Source of the DNA: Octopus vulgaris
Taxonomy: Eukaryota
NCBI GenBank assembly: GCA_951406725.2
Contig: OX597815.1
Coordinates: 40,114,001-40,178,000 of the forward strand
Length of the DNA: 64,000 nt
Direction: 5' to 3'
Part shown: positions 1-13,046 of the stretch, piece by piece
Position numbering within the stretch: the stretch's first letter is position 1
Layout of the letters: each line of letters starts with the position of its first letter
The notes under the pieces: generated by a model
Databases searched by the model: none
Seen by the model: the letters and a program-made list of their open reading frames with translations, nothing else
What the model was told of the DNA's origin: nothing
Translations under genes and position numbers: made by a program

Positions 1-530
1 TTAAGACTTCAGACTCACAGAAAATGCTGGTATGGATCATACTGCCGAGCTAAACAACTTTGACATTCACACCCGCAACAGAGGCAGACAAGCTGGAGTC
101 CACCATGAAGCCAATAAAAGACTAGCTTTGTCTTGATTCAAGAAACTCTAAGGCCAAGTAGTTCCTCTACCTCACTTGGTAAAAGGAGAGCACATCTTGA
201 GACATCCAGAGACTTTGCAAGAATAACAGCATCATCAGCAAGATCTAGATCAGTAACTCTAGTTTCACCAATGAGCGCTCCACAACTCGATCGAGCCATC
301 CGGCTAGCTTTCCAGTCTATGCAGACATTGAGCAGAGTGGGAGCCAAAACACAATCCTTAAGGACCCCAGATCTAACCAGAAAGAAATGTCAGATGTTTG
401 AGCCCCAAACTGAACTGTGCTCACTGTTCCAGTATACAAGGCCGTCATAAGCTCAACCAGTCGGGGTGGTGTACCTCTCATCTCCAGGATCTTCCAGAGC
501 ACATCCCTGTCAACCGAGTCAAATGCCTTA
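1..530 (-). mobile_element. RTE-clade LINE, decayed reverse transcriptase fragment
   Basis: Frameshifted minus-strand peptides LWKILEMRGTPPRLVELMTALY, APTLLNVCIDW and DLDLADDAVIL match non-LTR RT motifs (xADD); runs off the window start. Confidence 0.85.
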
Positions 531-2708
531 ATAGGAATAACTTAACAACCAAATATGAGAGGAACAGAATTATAATTTTATCGTCACCGTCGTTCATATG
601 CATGACATCTTGTGCTCATTGATGTTATTTTTGCTGCTAATATCTAATCTCAATGCTTGCACGATGTCGTCATACAAACTGAAATGATAGTCGAAAGTTT
701 TTCCCTTTTTTTTATCAAACACCCCAGCATATAAATTCTTAAGCCTTTATATCATTTCTGTCAAATATCATTTCCATTTCTGTTTATTAACTTGCAACAC
801 CACCTCTTTCAACTAAAACCTTCAGCAATTGCTGTCTGGAGGCTACAATTTATCCTCTTTCGATCAACAGATGGAAATAAAAGTGAAATATTATCCTGAT
901 AGTCTTATATTGCCAATCGTCTGTTCTAATATCGTTTTTGTGTTGTAAATTAACGATGATTGATTGATCTATGTCAATGATTTTAGCTAGTAGCTTATTT
1001 TAACTGATCTTTTCATGTACCTACTGATGTCGCTTTACATCACTACTAACGGTTCTCATTCACTTTCACCACATTACTTTTAACAACCTTAATAGAAACA
1101 CAAAACCTAACATGACACCTAACATGACTGCCATTTAACGCTTTAAAATTCTTCTTTGTCTCACTATTTGCATACGAAGTTTATTTAGTTGTCTAGAAAA
1201 TTTCCTGCCATGCTGCCACATGGTTATCTTTGTGATAAAAAGACACTGAAGATGTCGGACACTTTAGAGCTCTAAATTAAATTACGTGCAGTATTTGAGC
1301 CAATGCGAGAATCTCTTTGTGGTCGCTTGACTAGTAGTAATAGCTGCAAATCTTCCTCAAACAACACTTTACTGTTTCAAAAGCAGTTAATAATATAAAT
1401 CTTGGTATAAATGTTTTAAAATATGTGGTGTTGACGGCCTTAACTCTTTTCATTACATGCCTGACTGATCAGAGTTGGCCTGTAGTTAAACAACTTGCAG
1501 TATTCCGTTTTCACTTGTGTAGTTTCATACTCAAATCCCACAAATCTATTGTGACTGATAAAATATGCATTAGTGATGTAAATTTTAAAAAAGCACTACT
1601 GAGCATATCTTTAATCCCCGCTCCCACTGTCAAAAAATACCTCCAACACTAAAAAGGGCTATTTAATACTGTGTGGTGAAATACCATGGTGATTTAGCTG
1701 CTGTTTCTAGTAGATCGAGTACTCACATAGAGGCTCCTTTGTTGATTCGTTATGTTCTTTTAACTTCTTATTTTTATAGTTTAAACAGTTTCCTTAATTT
1801 CATCAGGTACCCTATATGTAGCACTGATTAAACTTTCTCCAGCACAAAAAAAGGAAAGACTAAGGCAGTAATTTGCATTCTAGTTTGAAACTTAATTGAC
1901 TTCTATATTGCTTCTTACTAAAATTGAATATAACTGCTTTTTCATTGAGATAGCTCTGTTATTACTACTTCACCTACAACTCTTTAGATTAATAATCAAT
2001 GAATCGAACAAAAGAGAGGAAAATATTGAAAATATTCTCTTTCATTAGATATTCTTAAATATGTGCCGAGTACTGTAGAGCACAAACAAGCTGCTAACAA
2101 ACCGGCCTCGAAGTTTCGTTGTCATTAATTGAATTAAAACAGTAATAGACTTTGCAAATTTTGCAAAGTATTGATGCTTGATCAACTGGCGCCAAACGAA
2201 TAAAACTTTACTCAAGAGCATTACAAATGCTCTTCAGAAAGGTATGTACATTAAGCAATTTCATTCACTTAGCCTGTAAATATGTGTGAGTTTTGCGATC
2301 ATTAAAGAATTAAATTCATAGTTTTAATAGACACGAAACATTTTTAAGAAAAATTGTTTTTCAATAGTAATGTTTATCGCCACCTAAACGTGTGTGTTCT
2401 ATAAGAACAGACGATACTACTATTTTAACCCAGGAGGACGCCTTCTCCCTCTGGTTATTCAGTGCACTTAGCACTCGATATATATTGCAAGAGGGGAGAG
2501 AACCCGTACTATTCTACCTTGGAGATAGCCATTTCACGTGATTTCGATCTTATTTTGGTCATCCTCAGTGATGGACACTTGTCTGCTAGACATAATGGCA
2601 GTCTACTCCAGCTTGCAATATAACAGTGTTACATAGCCACTGGTTTTGCAACTAGCAGTGTACTTTTCAGTATAAATATTGCTAAGAGATTTTCTCAGTA
2701 TAAATATT

Positions 2709-2897
2709 CTTTTCTACTCTAAGCACAAGGCCCGAAATTATGGGGAGCGGGGTCAGTCAATTAAAACTTACCCAGTACGCAACTGGTATTTAATTTATCG
2801 ACCCCGAAAGGATAAATTTGAACCCAGAACATAAAGATAGATGAAATACCACTAAGCATTTTGCCCGGTGTGCTAACGTTTCTGCCAGCTCGCCGCC
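2709..2897 (-). mobile_element. tRNA-derived SINE, family A (GGCGGCGAGCTGGCAGAA head)
   Basis: Matches >10 other copies in the window; A-box/B-box-like head; flanked by direct repeat TTTCTCAGTATAAATATT. Confidence 0.85.
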
Positions 2898-3113
2898 TTT
2901 CTCAGTATAAATATTGCTAAGAGATTTTCTTAACGAGCTAGTTTGTTTTCTGCAATACTGTCTGTAAAAGAATAGAAACAGTTCTTGATGGGTGTCAAAT
3001 TTTGATGACAGATTCTATATAGAAAGAATATGACTGCTCTTGGTATATAGAATCGAGACAACTATTTAAATTTCGAATTCACTGATAATCAAATACATGA
3101 AGATGCATGATAC

Positions 3114-3700
3114 TGGTTTCAAATATTGGCACAAGGCCAGCAGTTTGGCAGAGGGGCCAAGTCAATTAAATCTTCCCCAGTACTCAAGTAGTACTTATTT
3201 TATCGACCTCGAACGGATGAAAGGCAAAGCCGACCCCAGCGAAATTTGAACTCAGAACGTAAAGATGGACGAAATGCTGCTAAGAATTTCGCCCAGCGTG
3301 CTAACGATTGTTTTCTACTCTAGGCACAAGGCCCGAAATTTTGGGGGAGGGGGGCAGTCGATTAGATCGACCCCAATACGCAACTGGTAATTAATTTATC
3401 GACCCCGAAAGGATAAAAGTCAAAATCGACGTCGGTGGAATTTAACTCAGAACGTAAAGACAGACGAAACACCTATTTCTTTACTACCCACAAGGGGCTA
3501 AACACAGAGAGGACAAACAAGGACAGACAAACGGATTAAGTCGATTACATCGACCCCAGTGCGTAACTGGTCCTTAATTTATCGACCCCGAAAGGATGAA
3601 AGGCAAAGTCGACCCCAGCGAAATTTGAACTCAGAACGTAACGGCAGATCGCTAAGCATTTCGCCCGGCGTGCTAATGATTTTGCCATCTCACCATCGTC
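3114..3700 (-). mobile_element. Cluster of family A SINEs (monomer plus dimer)
   Basis: Three repeats of the core TTTATCGACC(C/T)CGAA(A/C)GGAT.AAAG and the B-box complement AATTTGAACTCAGAACG. Confidence 0.85.
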
Positions 3701-4129
3701 TAAAGATACATGACATTAAAGTTCGATTTATATTGAAGAAAGGTAACTAATACGAATGAATCTTGAAGAGATAAATTGAAAACCACGGTACAATAAGTAT
3801 TCGATATTTCGTTTGAATATATGTGTCGAACTCGAAAGCAAGAGAACTACAAACAAACCCGTTTTCTTATTCTAGAGTTTAAAAGAGAAGAGTTATGTCT
3901 CTGCATTGGATTTGAGAAAATGAATTACTCCAATGTAAGTTCTTATATAAAGGAAATTAGAAATAAGTGTTACATAAGAATTCTTTATGTTCTCACGATT
4001 CAAAGAACACAATATTAGATTCTTTATACATTGCAATGCATTGATGATTGATCTGCTGGCGCCAAATAAATAATTACGCTCAACAGTAGATACAATCAAG
4101 TGAATATTTTACTGTGAGATTAGTGACAT

Positions 4130-4640
4130 TTCACCCGTGTTCACGTTCTGGATTCTAATTCTCCCGAGGTCGACTTTGCTTCTCATCCTTACGAGTTAGA
4201 TCAAATAAATACCAGTCCAGGACTGGGGCGGGTGTAATCGACTTACCCCTCCCCCGAACTAGCTGGCCTAGTGTCAAAATTTGAAATCAGTATTCTATTG
4301 TAAGATTAAAGAGGCGAGCTCGTTTGAATCGTTAGCACACTGGGCAAAATGCTTAGCGCCATTTCCTCCGCTTTTATGTTCTAAGTTCAAATTCCACCGA
4401 GGTCGCCTTTGCTTTTCATCCTTCCGAGGTCGATAAAATGACTAACAGTTAAAACCTGGGGTCGATGTAATCGACTAGCTCCTTCTATTGAAATTGCTGG
4501 CCCTGTGCCAAAATTTGAGATAAGGCAGCGATCTGGAAGAATCGTTAACATGCCGGGCAAAATTCTCAACGTTCTGAGTTCAAATTCCGCCTAGGTCGAC
4601 TTTGCTTTTCATGCTTTCGGAGTGGGGTGTCGATGAAATA
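4130..4640 (+). mobile_element. Three degenerate family A SINE copies
   Basis: Diverged GTTCAAATTCC.CC.AGGTCG.CTTTGCTTTTCAT cores at about 4145, 4385 and 4575. Confidence 0.75.
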
Positions 4641-7564
4641 CGTACAAGTAATCTATTGCGGTTAGAGTCAATATTGTCGTTTGAAAATGCGTAGTGTGCT
4701 TTCTTCTATATCAGTCTTGAAAAGCAAACATTGGTTTTTCTCACTGTGACACAAGTGACAAATTAAAGAGAAGGATTATAACAGAAATATCGGCCCAGTC
4801 TGGTGATTTCTATATATAACTAAAGGTTCATAAATCTGGGTTTCTTTTCTAACTGGTGTAGAGCATGTGAAGCAAGAACACCCAGAGAAGTTTTTAAATA
4901 TGAGGGAGATTTGGCTGTCATTTTTAACGGCTCCAGTAGTCATATATGGCGCATCTTCTCAGCTCTTAGACAAGTTAGCCAAGTGTTTGTTTCTAAAATC
5001 TGAGTTAAGTTTGGTAAAAAGGAGAATTAGTTTTGTAAGGTCAAAGCTCCTTAACTTAAGTAAAAATTCGAAGTAGTATCCTATTCAGGAGAAAGAATAG
5101 AAAGTAAAATATGCGTCTCGTGCATGAATATGTAATGTTTTCAATTTAAGAAGTGGCTGAAATAAGCGTTAGATTTAAATGTTTATTAGTTTTTAAAATG
5201 TCTTTGTGTGTCGTATTGTATAATAAGTTTGCTCACTGTAGAGAGTTCGCTGACTTATGTTAGTTTTTTGTGAAGGACCAGTGTAAAAGTTGATGAAACG
5301 TTAAGATCCTCTTACTGCTTGAATACTATATTAGCAGAAGGGGGATACCAGTTGCAAACTTTAAGATAAAAATGGAATTACGAACCAGACATAGAGGCAG
5401 CTCCTCCAAGAATGACCACTACTCCTGATGTCTATTTATCTATTCGCTGCACCCTACTAGAATAACTCTTCATTGCTAACCGGTTATTGTCTATAGTGTT
5501 TCTGAAAGAGCTACACAAGCGAAGCGCCAGTTATCCTCTCACAAACGTTTACTGACAATGTTTACTCTGCTTAAAGTTAGATGGAGTTCATCACAAACAG
5601 ATCTATGGAATGAGGTATTTTATTAGCTTCCTGCGGTTGACTCATTGAAACAACTTTGAGTTCCCAGCTGTAAGAGGTGTGAAGTCGAAACCTTTCATTT
5701 AAACTTCTTTTAAAACCTTGAAGTGATGCAAACACATCGCCGTACATTGTGTTTATTGAATAATTATATGTTAACTTATGTGCTACCAACATTTAATTAA
5801 ATAACCCTCTTTCAATTATTACTTGCGCGTATCTCTAGAGAGATAAAAATCAAAGTGAATATTATGATGAAATACTTCCCAATTATTCTCAACACCTAGT
5901 GTTATTTAATATTAATGATTGAAGAACTACGAAATAAGAAATAATGAAAGAAAAATAAAATGAACATAATTGAAAAGTGGAGAGTATGTTTTTTCTTCAT
6001 TGGAAGAGAAATGTATGACTAATTAAGATTACAGATAAGAGAACTTTTGAGAATCACTGCGAGATAAGACTTAATACAAATATTCAAATTTATTTATTTT
6101 CAATATTATAAAATGATCAATAAATAGGTGACAATAAAACTAATAAAAGAAAAAATATTTTCAAAAATTCAGGCCAAGCATATTTTATCAGATCTTTGAC
6201 AATGAAGAATGATTAAGAATCTTTAAACCTTTGGCAGATATAGGAGAGGAGAAAAAGTATTAATAAATGTTTAGCTGGAATAAAAAATAATCACGAAAGC
6301 TGTCTCCAACAGGTCGTGTTATTTGATTTTTACATGAATCAAATGAAAGTGAAGATTCCCCTACAAGGAAACTGCTGTAAGAAATCGGAAAAGTTCCAAA
6401 GAAATAAAAAAAATATATATTTTCTGTCATTTCAAACATTGATAAATGAGAAGAACTTAAAATATGTGATTTATTTCTGGCTGCGAGAACATGTCTCATT
6501 ATGGTTATGTTATAAATTTGAACTGTGGTTGCAATTTCGTTTCGTGATTGCAATTTTGTTTCACAGAAGTTTTTAGACAGAGAAGTTGTATTTATTTTGT
6601 AGACATTTTGTAATATACGTGTTGGAATAACTAACTATGAAGCAACTTTTTGCACGGAATGGAATGGAATTGGTTGAGCCTACTTAAATGTATTACAGCT
6701 ATTTAGCTAGAAAGTGATTTAGGTGTGAACATACTGCATTGCCAGTAACGAAGTACGAACCTTCGACTTCTCGTTCAGTTATGACACTATTTCTATGTGA
6801 TTATAAATACTATAAAGATTGCGTTGTAAGATTTTAGGGAGTTAGAGCGAAGATTAGTGAGGGTGTGCTCGGCAGGAATTGTAAAGTGACGTATTAAATA
6901 TTTTGCCATATTTAGTTCAAGTCCCAATGAGATCATCTTTAGTTTTCGTCTTCCCGCATTTCTGAATCCATAAAATAAAATCAGTCATACTTCGTCCCAC
7001 CCAATCCATCAAACTCCCATTAAAAAAATTTGTATTTATGTAGTAAGCACATGACGACGCCCGGTTGTACACGTTACATGGTTCATGGGTGCTTTGTTGA
7101 AGGTATTCGAACCAGACTTTTGGCAGGAAGTACCGTGACCACTCGATACACCATCACCCTTTACACTTGCCCCAGATACTAAAAGCTAAAACTAAAGCCG
7201 TTGATTAATTCTTCCTCTTCATCTCTAAAATCAATGACCTCCAATCCAACATAGACTCTATACATCACCTTACTAATCCCACATCCTATTCCTCTTCAAT
7301 CCCTCAACCGTTATCGGTAGTTCATCTCAGCTACCCAGACTACACGTTTTGCTTGCCCACCATTCACTCGACTCACCTGATTATGAGCAACGAAGTCTTC
7401 CATTTACTCCACCTAAAATTATCTTTCCCTCACTCCTCCAAATACATCATCTTCCTCTACCTCTCTCCGAAGACCTCGAACTACCAAATCTTGGACTATT
7501 ACTTATCTTACAGTATATAGACACACGCGCGCGCACACGCACACACACAGGACGCCACAAATGA

Positions 7565-8130
7565 ACAATGAAAAAGAGGCATAATTTGATTCAACCTACT
7601 CTTAAGTCTAAACGTAGTAAATGTCGCACATATTTCCCAGTAGTAATTAGCAAGCACTTCTCAACAAAACATAAATATGATAAACTGTTCTGCAGAAACA
7701 ATGCAAAAGTTAGCTAAGGCTGCACAAAAAAGCATAAAACTTACTAAGGAACACGCTGCACATAGTCGCAATTAATGCAACTGCATCAGAACAAGAATAT
7801 CCTTGTTATATGGAAACTGCCCAAAAACTAATATCGTCAACCGAACAACAGTATTACCGAAAAATTGACATCGATGCTACTAGTGGAGCCTTCAAAGGCA
7901 GATATACACAACACATATATTACAGAATATATGCAACTTCTTTGTCTAAAAATATCTGCGAGTTATAATAAAACAATATAACCGCAAATATACAGCGAGA
8001 AATAGACAGCACACAATCATACATGAATTTTTCCGGAATTTTACCCTGAGTACCACAAAAAATACTACATGATCATACAAAACACACATTCGCTTAAAAA
8101 TTGAAATTAAATGATATCGTGCTATATATC
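7565..8130 (+). mobile_element. Penelope-like element remnant (linker and GIY-YIG endonuclease)
   Basis: Decayed peptides II*FN..VISKHFSTKHKYDKLFCRNNAKVS*GCTK and IDATSGAFKGRYTQH resemble the PLE WFNPP/linker region and the YIG..R motif. Confidence 0.7.
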
Positions 8131-9107
8131 ACCTTAAAAAAATGTCCAGAACAACAAACATGATAAGATAAACACCAAATTACGCACGTATGCGTCCTAA
8201 ATACAAACGCACACGCGCGCATGCAAAATGTTTACATCGACAAGATTCTAAAAACAAACATCTGTCCAAATTAAACATACCATATAGACACAGACACAAA
8301 AACTTAGTTGAACTATAAACAGCCGATCTAAATTAAATATAACGAACGCCCCAAATAGACATGAAAGAGAATTTTAAAACGTTTTGGACAAAACACACCA
8401 CGATCCTCACTTTCGCTTAGTCTTCCTTCCTCTCCTGCGTCTGCTGGCGGCTAGCGCCTCCGGTCGTCGCGACCGGCTTCATCAGCGCCTCCGGTCGTCG
8501 CGGCCAGTTTCATCAGTCGCGCGCTGTTCCGCTGCTGACGCCGCCGTTGCTCGGTTTCCGTGCCTTATAATTAAAAACCACAGTTTCCGTTTTCTCCAAA
8601 GAAACAATCAAATTTCTTTAAATTATTTAATAAACAAATTCAATAAACCAAAGCAAACAACTTCACCCATAAAGAAGCATTGAAGCTCTTTATTCTTATC
8701 CAAAACAAATTTCAAAACTCAATAGCAAAAGCCATTCAAGCATGGTAAAACATTTACTATATAGGGCACTCTTAATCATCTTCATAAAATAGTTGAGATC
8801 TGCAAGAACAGAACCACAAAGAGCCAACCCAAATTAAACACATCTCACACCACACATACACAAAGACAAATTAAGACCAAGCCTTGCCTCATATACAACA
8901 AACAAGCACACTGAACTACATATATCAAAGCACAAGGTAAAAACAAGTCTTGACCACGACACAGACTAACATACATATACACACATAAACAAAGAAACAA
9001 AAATCTGAACAACAAATCGTCCCAGATTCTCCAATAAAATAAACAAGAACCTTTGATTAGCTTAACGGGCAAACTTAATAAACCACCCAGGTTCGAAATT
9101 TCCCCAA

Positions 9108-9153
9108 GACACCTGATGAAGGCTGGAGGGTATATCTGCCGAAACGTTGTGTT
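9108..9153 (+). ncRNA. Minimal type I hammerhead ribozyme (PLE pLTR type)
   Basis: GACAC-CTGATGA-A-GGCTG..CTGCC-GAAA-CGT-T-GTGTT: 5-bp stem I, canonical core, stem II with one mismatch, palindromic ACGT stem III; downstream of a PLE remnant. Confidence 0.8.
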
Positions 9154-9947
9154 AACAACAAACAAGATGAGGACAAATATCAGTCAAATGTAAATAATGT
9201 ACATAGCATTAATATTTGCAAACACGACACACATCGAAACAGTGTTGACCAAAAACAGCGTTAATTGATTAACTGATAAATTCCGTAAATAAATAACAAA
9301 GAAAAGATAACAATCTACAAAAGCGGACCGCTCATCAACAAGTACGAAGAAAGTAAACACCAAGCCACAAATACTAACCAATGAAAGGACACAAAAATAA
9401 CATCCAGCCAACGGATGTAAAGAGCAAACCAATGAACAGATATGGACAAGGAACAACACCAACACCGATGAATATTAATTTACAAACAGCCCAAGCTGTT
9501 ATAGTTCTCGCCTGAATGATCGCGATGGCGTGAACTTCGAGTTATAAGATAAACATTTAGTTTCAATAAACTGTATAAAATCCGTGTGTGAAACTGTATA
9601 AACTCTGTGGGTAAGGAGGGTGCACCCGATTCTTCTGATGGAATATCGTGACTTCGTTTCACGGAGCTATCAATGTCGATGCTCGCTGACATTTTCCTTT
9701 GTTTTATGTGTAGCTACAACAACGACTTAGTATTTTTTTTTTTGCATAATGTGCAGTTATATCAACCAGTCATCAATTATCTGTAAGAACAATGCAGATA
9801 AGACATGATTACATTATGCGATTTGCATAAGCAACTTTCCATATAAATACATTATGTACACCCCTTTCTGTTTTTCTGGCTTTCTATTTATATATATATG
9901 CGCGTGTATATGCGCGCGTGTGTGTATGTATGTATGTATGTATCTAA

Positions 9948-10106
9948 GCGCGGTTGAGGGATAAGAGGTTTGCTTTCCAACCATATGGTTCCAGATTCAT
10001 ACCCACTGCGTGGCACCATGACCAAGTCTCTTCTATTAAATCTCCGGGACGACCTAAGCCTTGTGAGTGGATTTTGTAGGGGAGACCAAAAGAAACCTGT
10101 TGTGTG

Positions 10107-10159
<53 letters not shown>

Positions 10160-10360
10160 CATGATTGTCCCCCACCGCCACCTGATGACAACCGATGTTG
10201 GTTTGTTTACGTCCTCGCATATAAGCGATTCAGCAAAAGAATCCGTTAGAATAAGTATAGGGCTAACAAAATAAGTACTGGGATCGATTTGTTTAACCAA
10301 AACATTTCTAGACGGTGCCGCGGCATACTCTCAAACCAATGACCGAAAATAGTAAAAAAG
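9948..10360 (+). mobile_element. CORE-type tRNA-derived SINE, family B (octopus OR2-like), with internal (TG)n
   Basis: ATGGTTCCAGATTCA..CCCACTGCGTGGCACC.TG..CAAG matches copies at 52590-52992 and 53549-53940; the CCTTGGGCAAG-type segment resembles the CORE domain. Confidence 0.75.
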
Positions 10361-10382
10361 GAAAGATAAAAGATGTGTGTGT

Positions 10383-10645
10383 GAGAGAGAGAAAGAGAGA
10401 GAGAGAAAGAGAGAAAGAGAGAGAGAGAGAGAAAGGAGAAAGAGAGAGAGAGAAAGGAGAAAGAGAGAGAGAGAAAGGAGAAAGAGAGAGAGAGAAAGGA
10501 GAAAGAGAGAGAGAGAAAGGAGAAAGAGAGAGAGAGAAAGGAGAAAGAGAGAGAGAGAAAGAAAAGGACACAGAGAGAGAAATGAGGAAGAGAGAGAGAA
10601 AGGAGAAAGATAGAGAGAGAGAGGAAGGGGAAGGGGAGAGAGAGA
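10383..10645. repeat. Polypurine GA-rich minisatellite, 21-bp unit GAGAAAGGAGAAAGAGAGAGA, about 6 copies
   Basis: Direct inspection; source of the spurious EREREKG and FSLSLSP ORFs. Confidence 0.95.
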
Positions 10646-11380
10646 GGCCATTATCAGTGATACTTCGAAGTAAACAGTTGTTGTTTATAATATCCTCATC
10701 ATCATGATTCTATCGTCAATATCATACTTCATGTAGAACATCCTTAGCATCCATGGGTACACAAAGCTATTAAGTAGTATGTGTGGTGGGTTAGGGATTT
10801 GTATGTGCGTCATTGAAAACTGGAAAGTATTTAGATGGAACATGAACAAGAGGATTGAAGACAGTGCTATATATTTTCCTTTGTTTTTCAAATATCGTGT
10901 CAAACGAATCTGATTCGCTATTGTTGTCGATGCTATTATATCGCCACTTCGTGCAGAAAAACAAGAATTCTCTAGTTTACTTTTTGCTTCCTAAGATAAA
11001 AATGCTATATACGATTTCATTCAAAATTGCAATTCACTAAGTCAAAATTCTGAATGCTTGTCGACATGAACAAATATTTTATTATATGTAAACCGTGTGT
11101 TTCTGAAATTATAATAGGCAAGCGTTATGCTCTACCATATTTACCTCTTAAACTATGTTAACGAAACGCATCGATTTTCCAACAAATTCTGAATCCTTTC
11201 AAAATCACAGAGATAAAATTTATTGTATAATTTTTCATTCACTTCATTTGTTTGTCTTCGGAGATTACCTTTTCGGCAATACAGAGAAGGCGTATCATGC
11301 ATTATTTAACTTTACATTGATTTCGTATGAACTTGTAACGAGCGTCGTAAATCAAGTTGTAAACTCCTCTCATAGTTTTC

Positions 11381-11824
11381 GGATCTTCTCGGTTCGAACG
11401 GCAGTCTTTTCTAGCGGTGTCATATGAAATTGTCACCCATAATTATGACCCTAGAATCGATCTATTGCATTTCAATCTCTTTTAGGGTTATGGTTAGTTA
11501 GGGTTAGGGTTACTGTTAGGGTTAGAGGTGGGAGGAAGAGTATCTTTTTTTCTTCAGAAATGTAAATAAACCCAATCTGTTTCTTAAACGAGGGACATAT
11601 TCATATGGCACAGAATGTTGTTTACCTCAATGGACGTCAGCGATTGGTTGAAATTGCAGAAATTGAAGAAAAAAACAACAAATATCTTACAAACTATAGA
11701 ATTTTCTCAATAAAGCCAAGAGAAAAAGATGTTTTATAAACACATTCTACCAGTATACGAAGTTTAAAATTTTTTAGTTACCTAGAAATTATGTTAAAAA
11801 CTGCCGTTCAAACCGAAAAGATCC
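11381..11824. mobile_element. MITE with ~24-bp TIRs, 8-bp TSD and internal TTAGGG repeats
   Basis: GGATCTTCTCGGTTCGAACGGCAG ... CTGCCGTTCAAACCGAAAAGATCC; TSD TAGTTTTC at 11373-11380 and 11825-11832. Confidence 0.92.
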
Positions 11825-12942
11825 TAGTTTTCTACTCGCTGAGGCCAGTTCAGGTTAAAGCTATTTCATTCCATCTACCCCTCTAATATTATAACCCTCT
11901 ATTTGTATTTCCCTACAAAATACTGTGTGTTTGTCTTCGTCAAAGAAAAAAATTGACACGTTCTGCTAAAAGGCTGTCGGCTGAATCTTCTTCAACGTAT
12001 TGCCAGTACTTATTTCAGTGATACACAAATTTATGAAATACAGTTTTGAACTTGATAATACTTGAACTTCAAACTGAAAGAGAGAAAGAGGGAAAGCTGG
12101 ATATGCAAATAGTTAATCTAATTAATGAGCAATAAAAATATATACAAAGAGAAATACTTATGCAGTAAGGATAAGACAACAGTAGTTCAATTACTATTAA
12201 TACAGTAATCTTTATAATAAATTCGAAAGACCGGATATATTTCAGTCTTCTAATGCCTTCTCAGTAATGCGTAGTGCTTTTCTTCATCACTACTCGCCAT
12301 GAGTCAGTAAAGTTTACTCTTCACAATTGAGATTTAATATTATCGAAATGGACTTATCTTCCGTATTCACTAAAATTATTAAAATATTATTAGCCATTGA
12401 GCAATTGTTGTATTCTCCCCACTGCATGGATATTTCCCCTGTTTTTTTTTAATGTTCCCTACATTAACTATGTTAAAAGTAGCTTATCTAATTTTCAGTG
12501 TTCAGAATTATCTCTTTCGGTTCGAAGTTCAACTATTATCTGGTTCAATAATGCATTTCATCATTTGGTGGACTCAATCTATAGATTCAAAGTTGTTCTG
12601 TCGTATTTAGCTTGGCAGTTCTTGCTTAGTAAATGGTACAAAATTCTTTTATAATTCCATTCACATCTAGGAGGCTTTATAGGAATATTAAAACGGTTCC
12701 AATTCTTGACTAGTTCGCTATTTCATAGCCTCCAGAAATATCAAATGCACAGTTGACCATGGCGGGATTTGAGCTGCTGTTTAGCTAAAGTAATGCTAAA
12801 CATGGCATAAGTGCCGTAAGTAAACGCCGTAAGCATTTTGTCAGCATTCAAACGATTTTCAATATCGCGCCCGAATCCACTTTACTTGTCATTCATCCTA
12901 GTTCAATAATGCAAAACTAGCAATACAGTAAATGCTTCGATA

Positions 12943-12945
<3 letters not shown>

Positions 12946-13040
<95 letters not shown>

Positions 13041-13046
13041 TCTCTC
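12946..13046. repeat. (CT)n microsatellite
   Basis: Direct inspection. Confidence 0.98.

Noticed and set aside
1785-1808. Minus-strand CTGATGA-AATTAAG-GAAA (similar cases near 13345 and 26680)
   Set aside because: No stem II or stem I; expected by chance.
2049-2241. Possible upstream GPCR exon ending at AAG|GTATGT
   Set aside because: Stops in all frames from the nearest good acceptor; no TM5 or ICL3 similarity.
11482-11527. TTAGGG repeats as a telomere or chromosome-fusion scar
   Set aside because: Internal to a TIR/TSD-bounded MITE present twice in the window.
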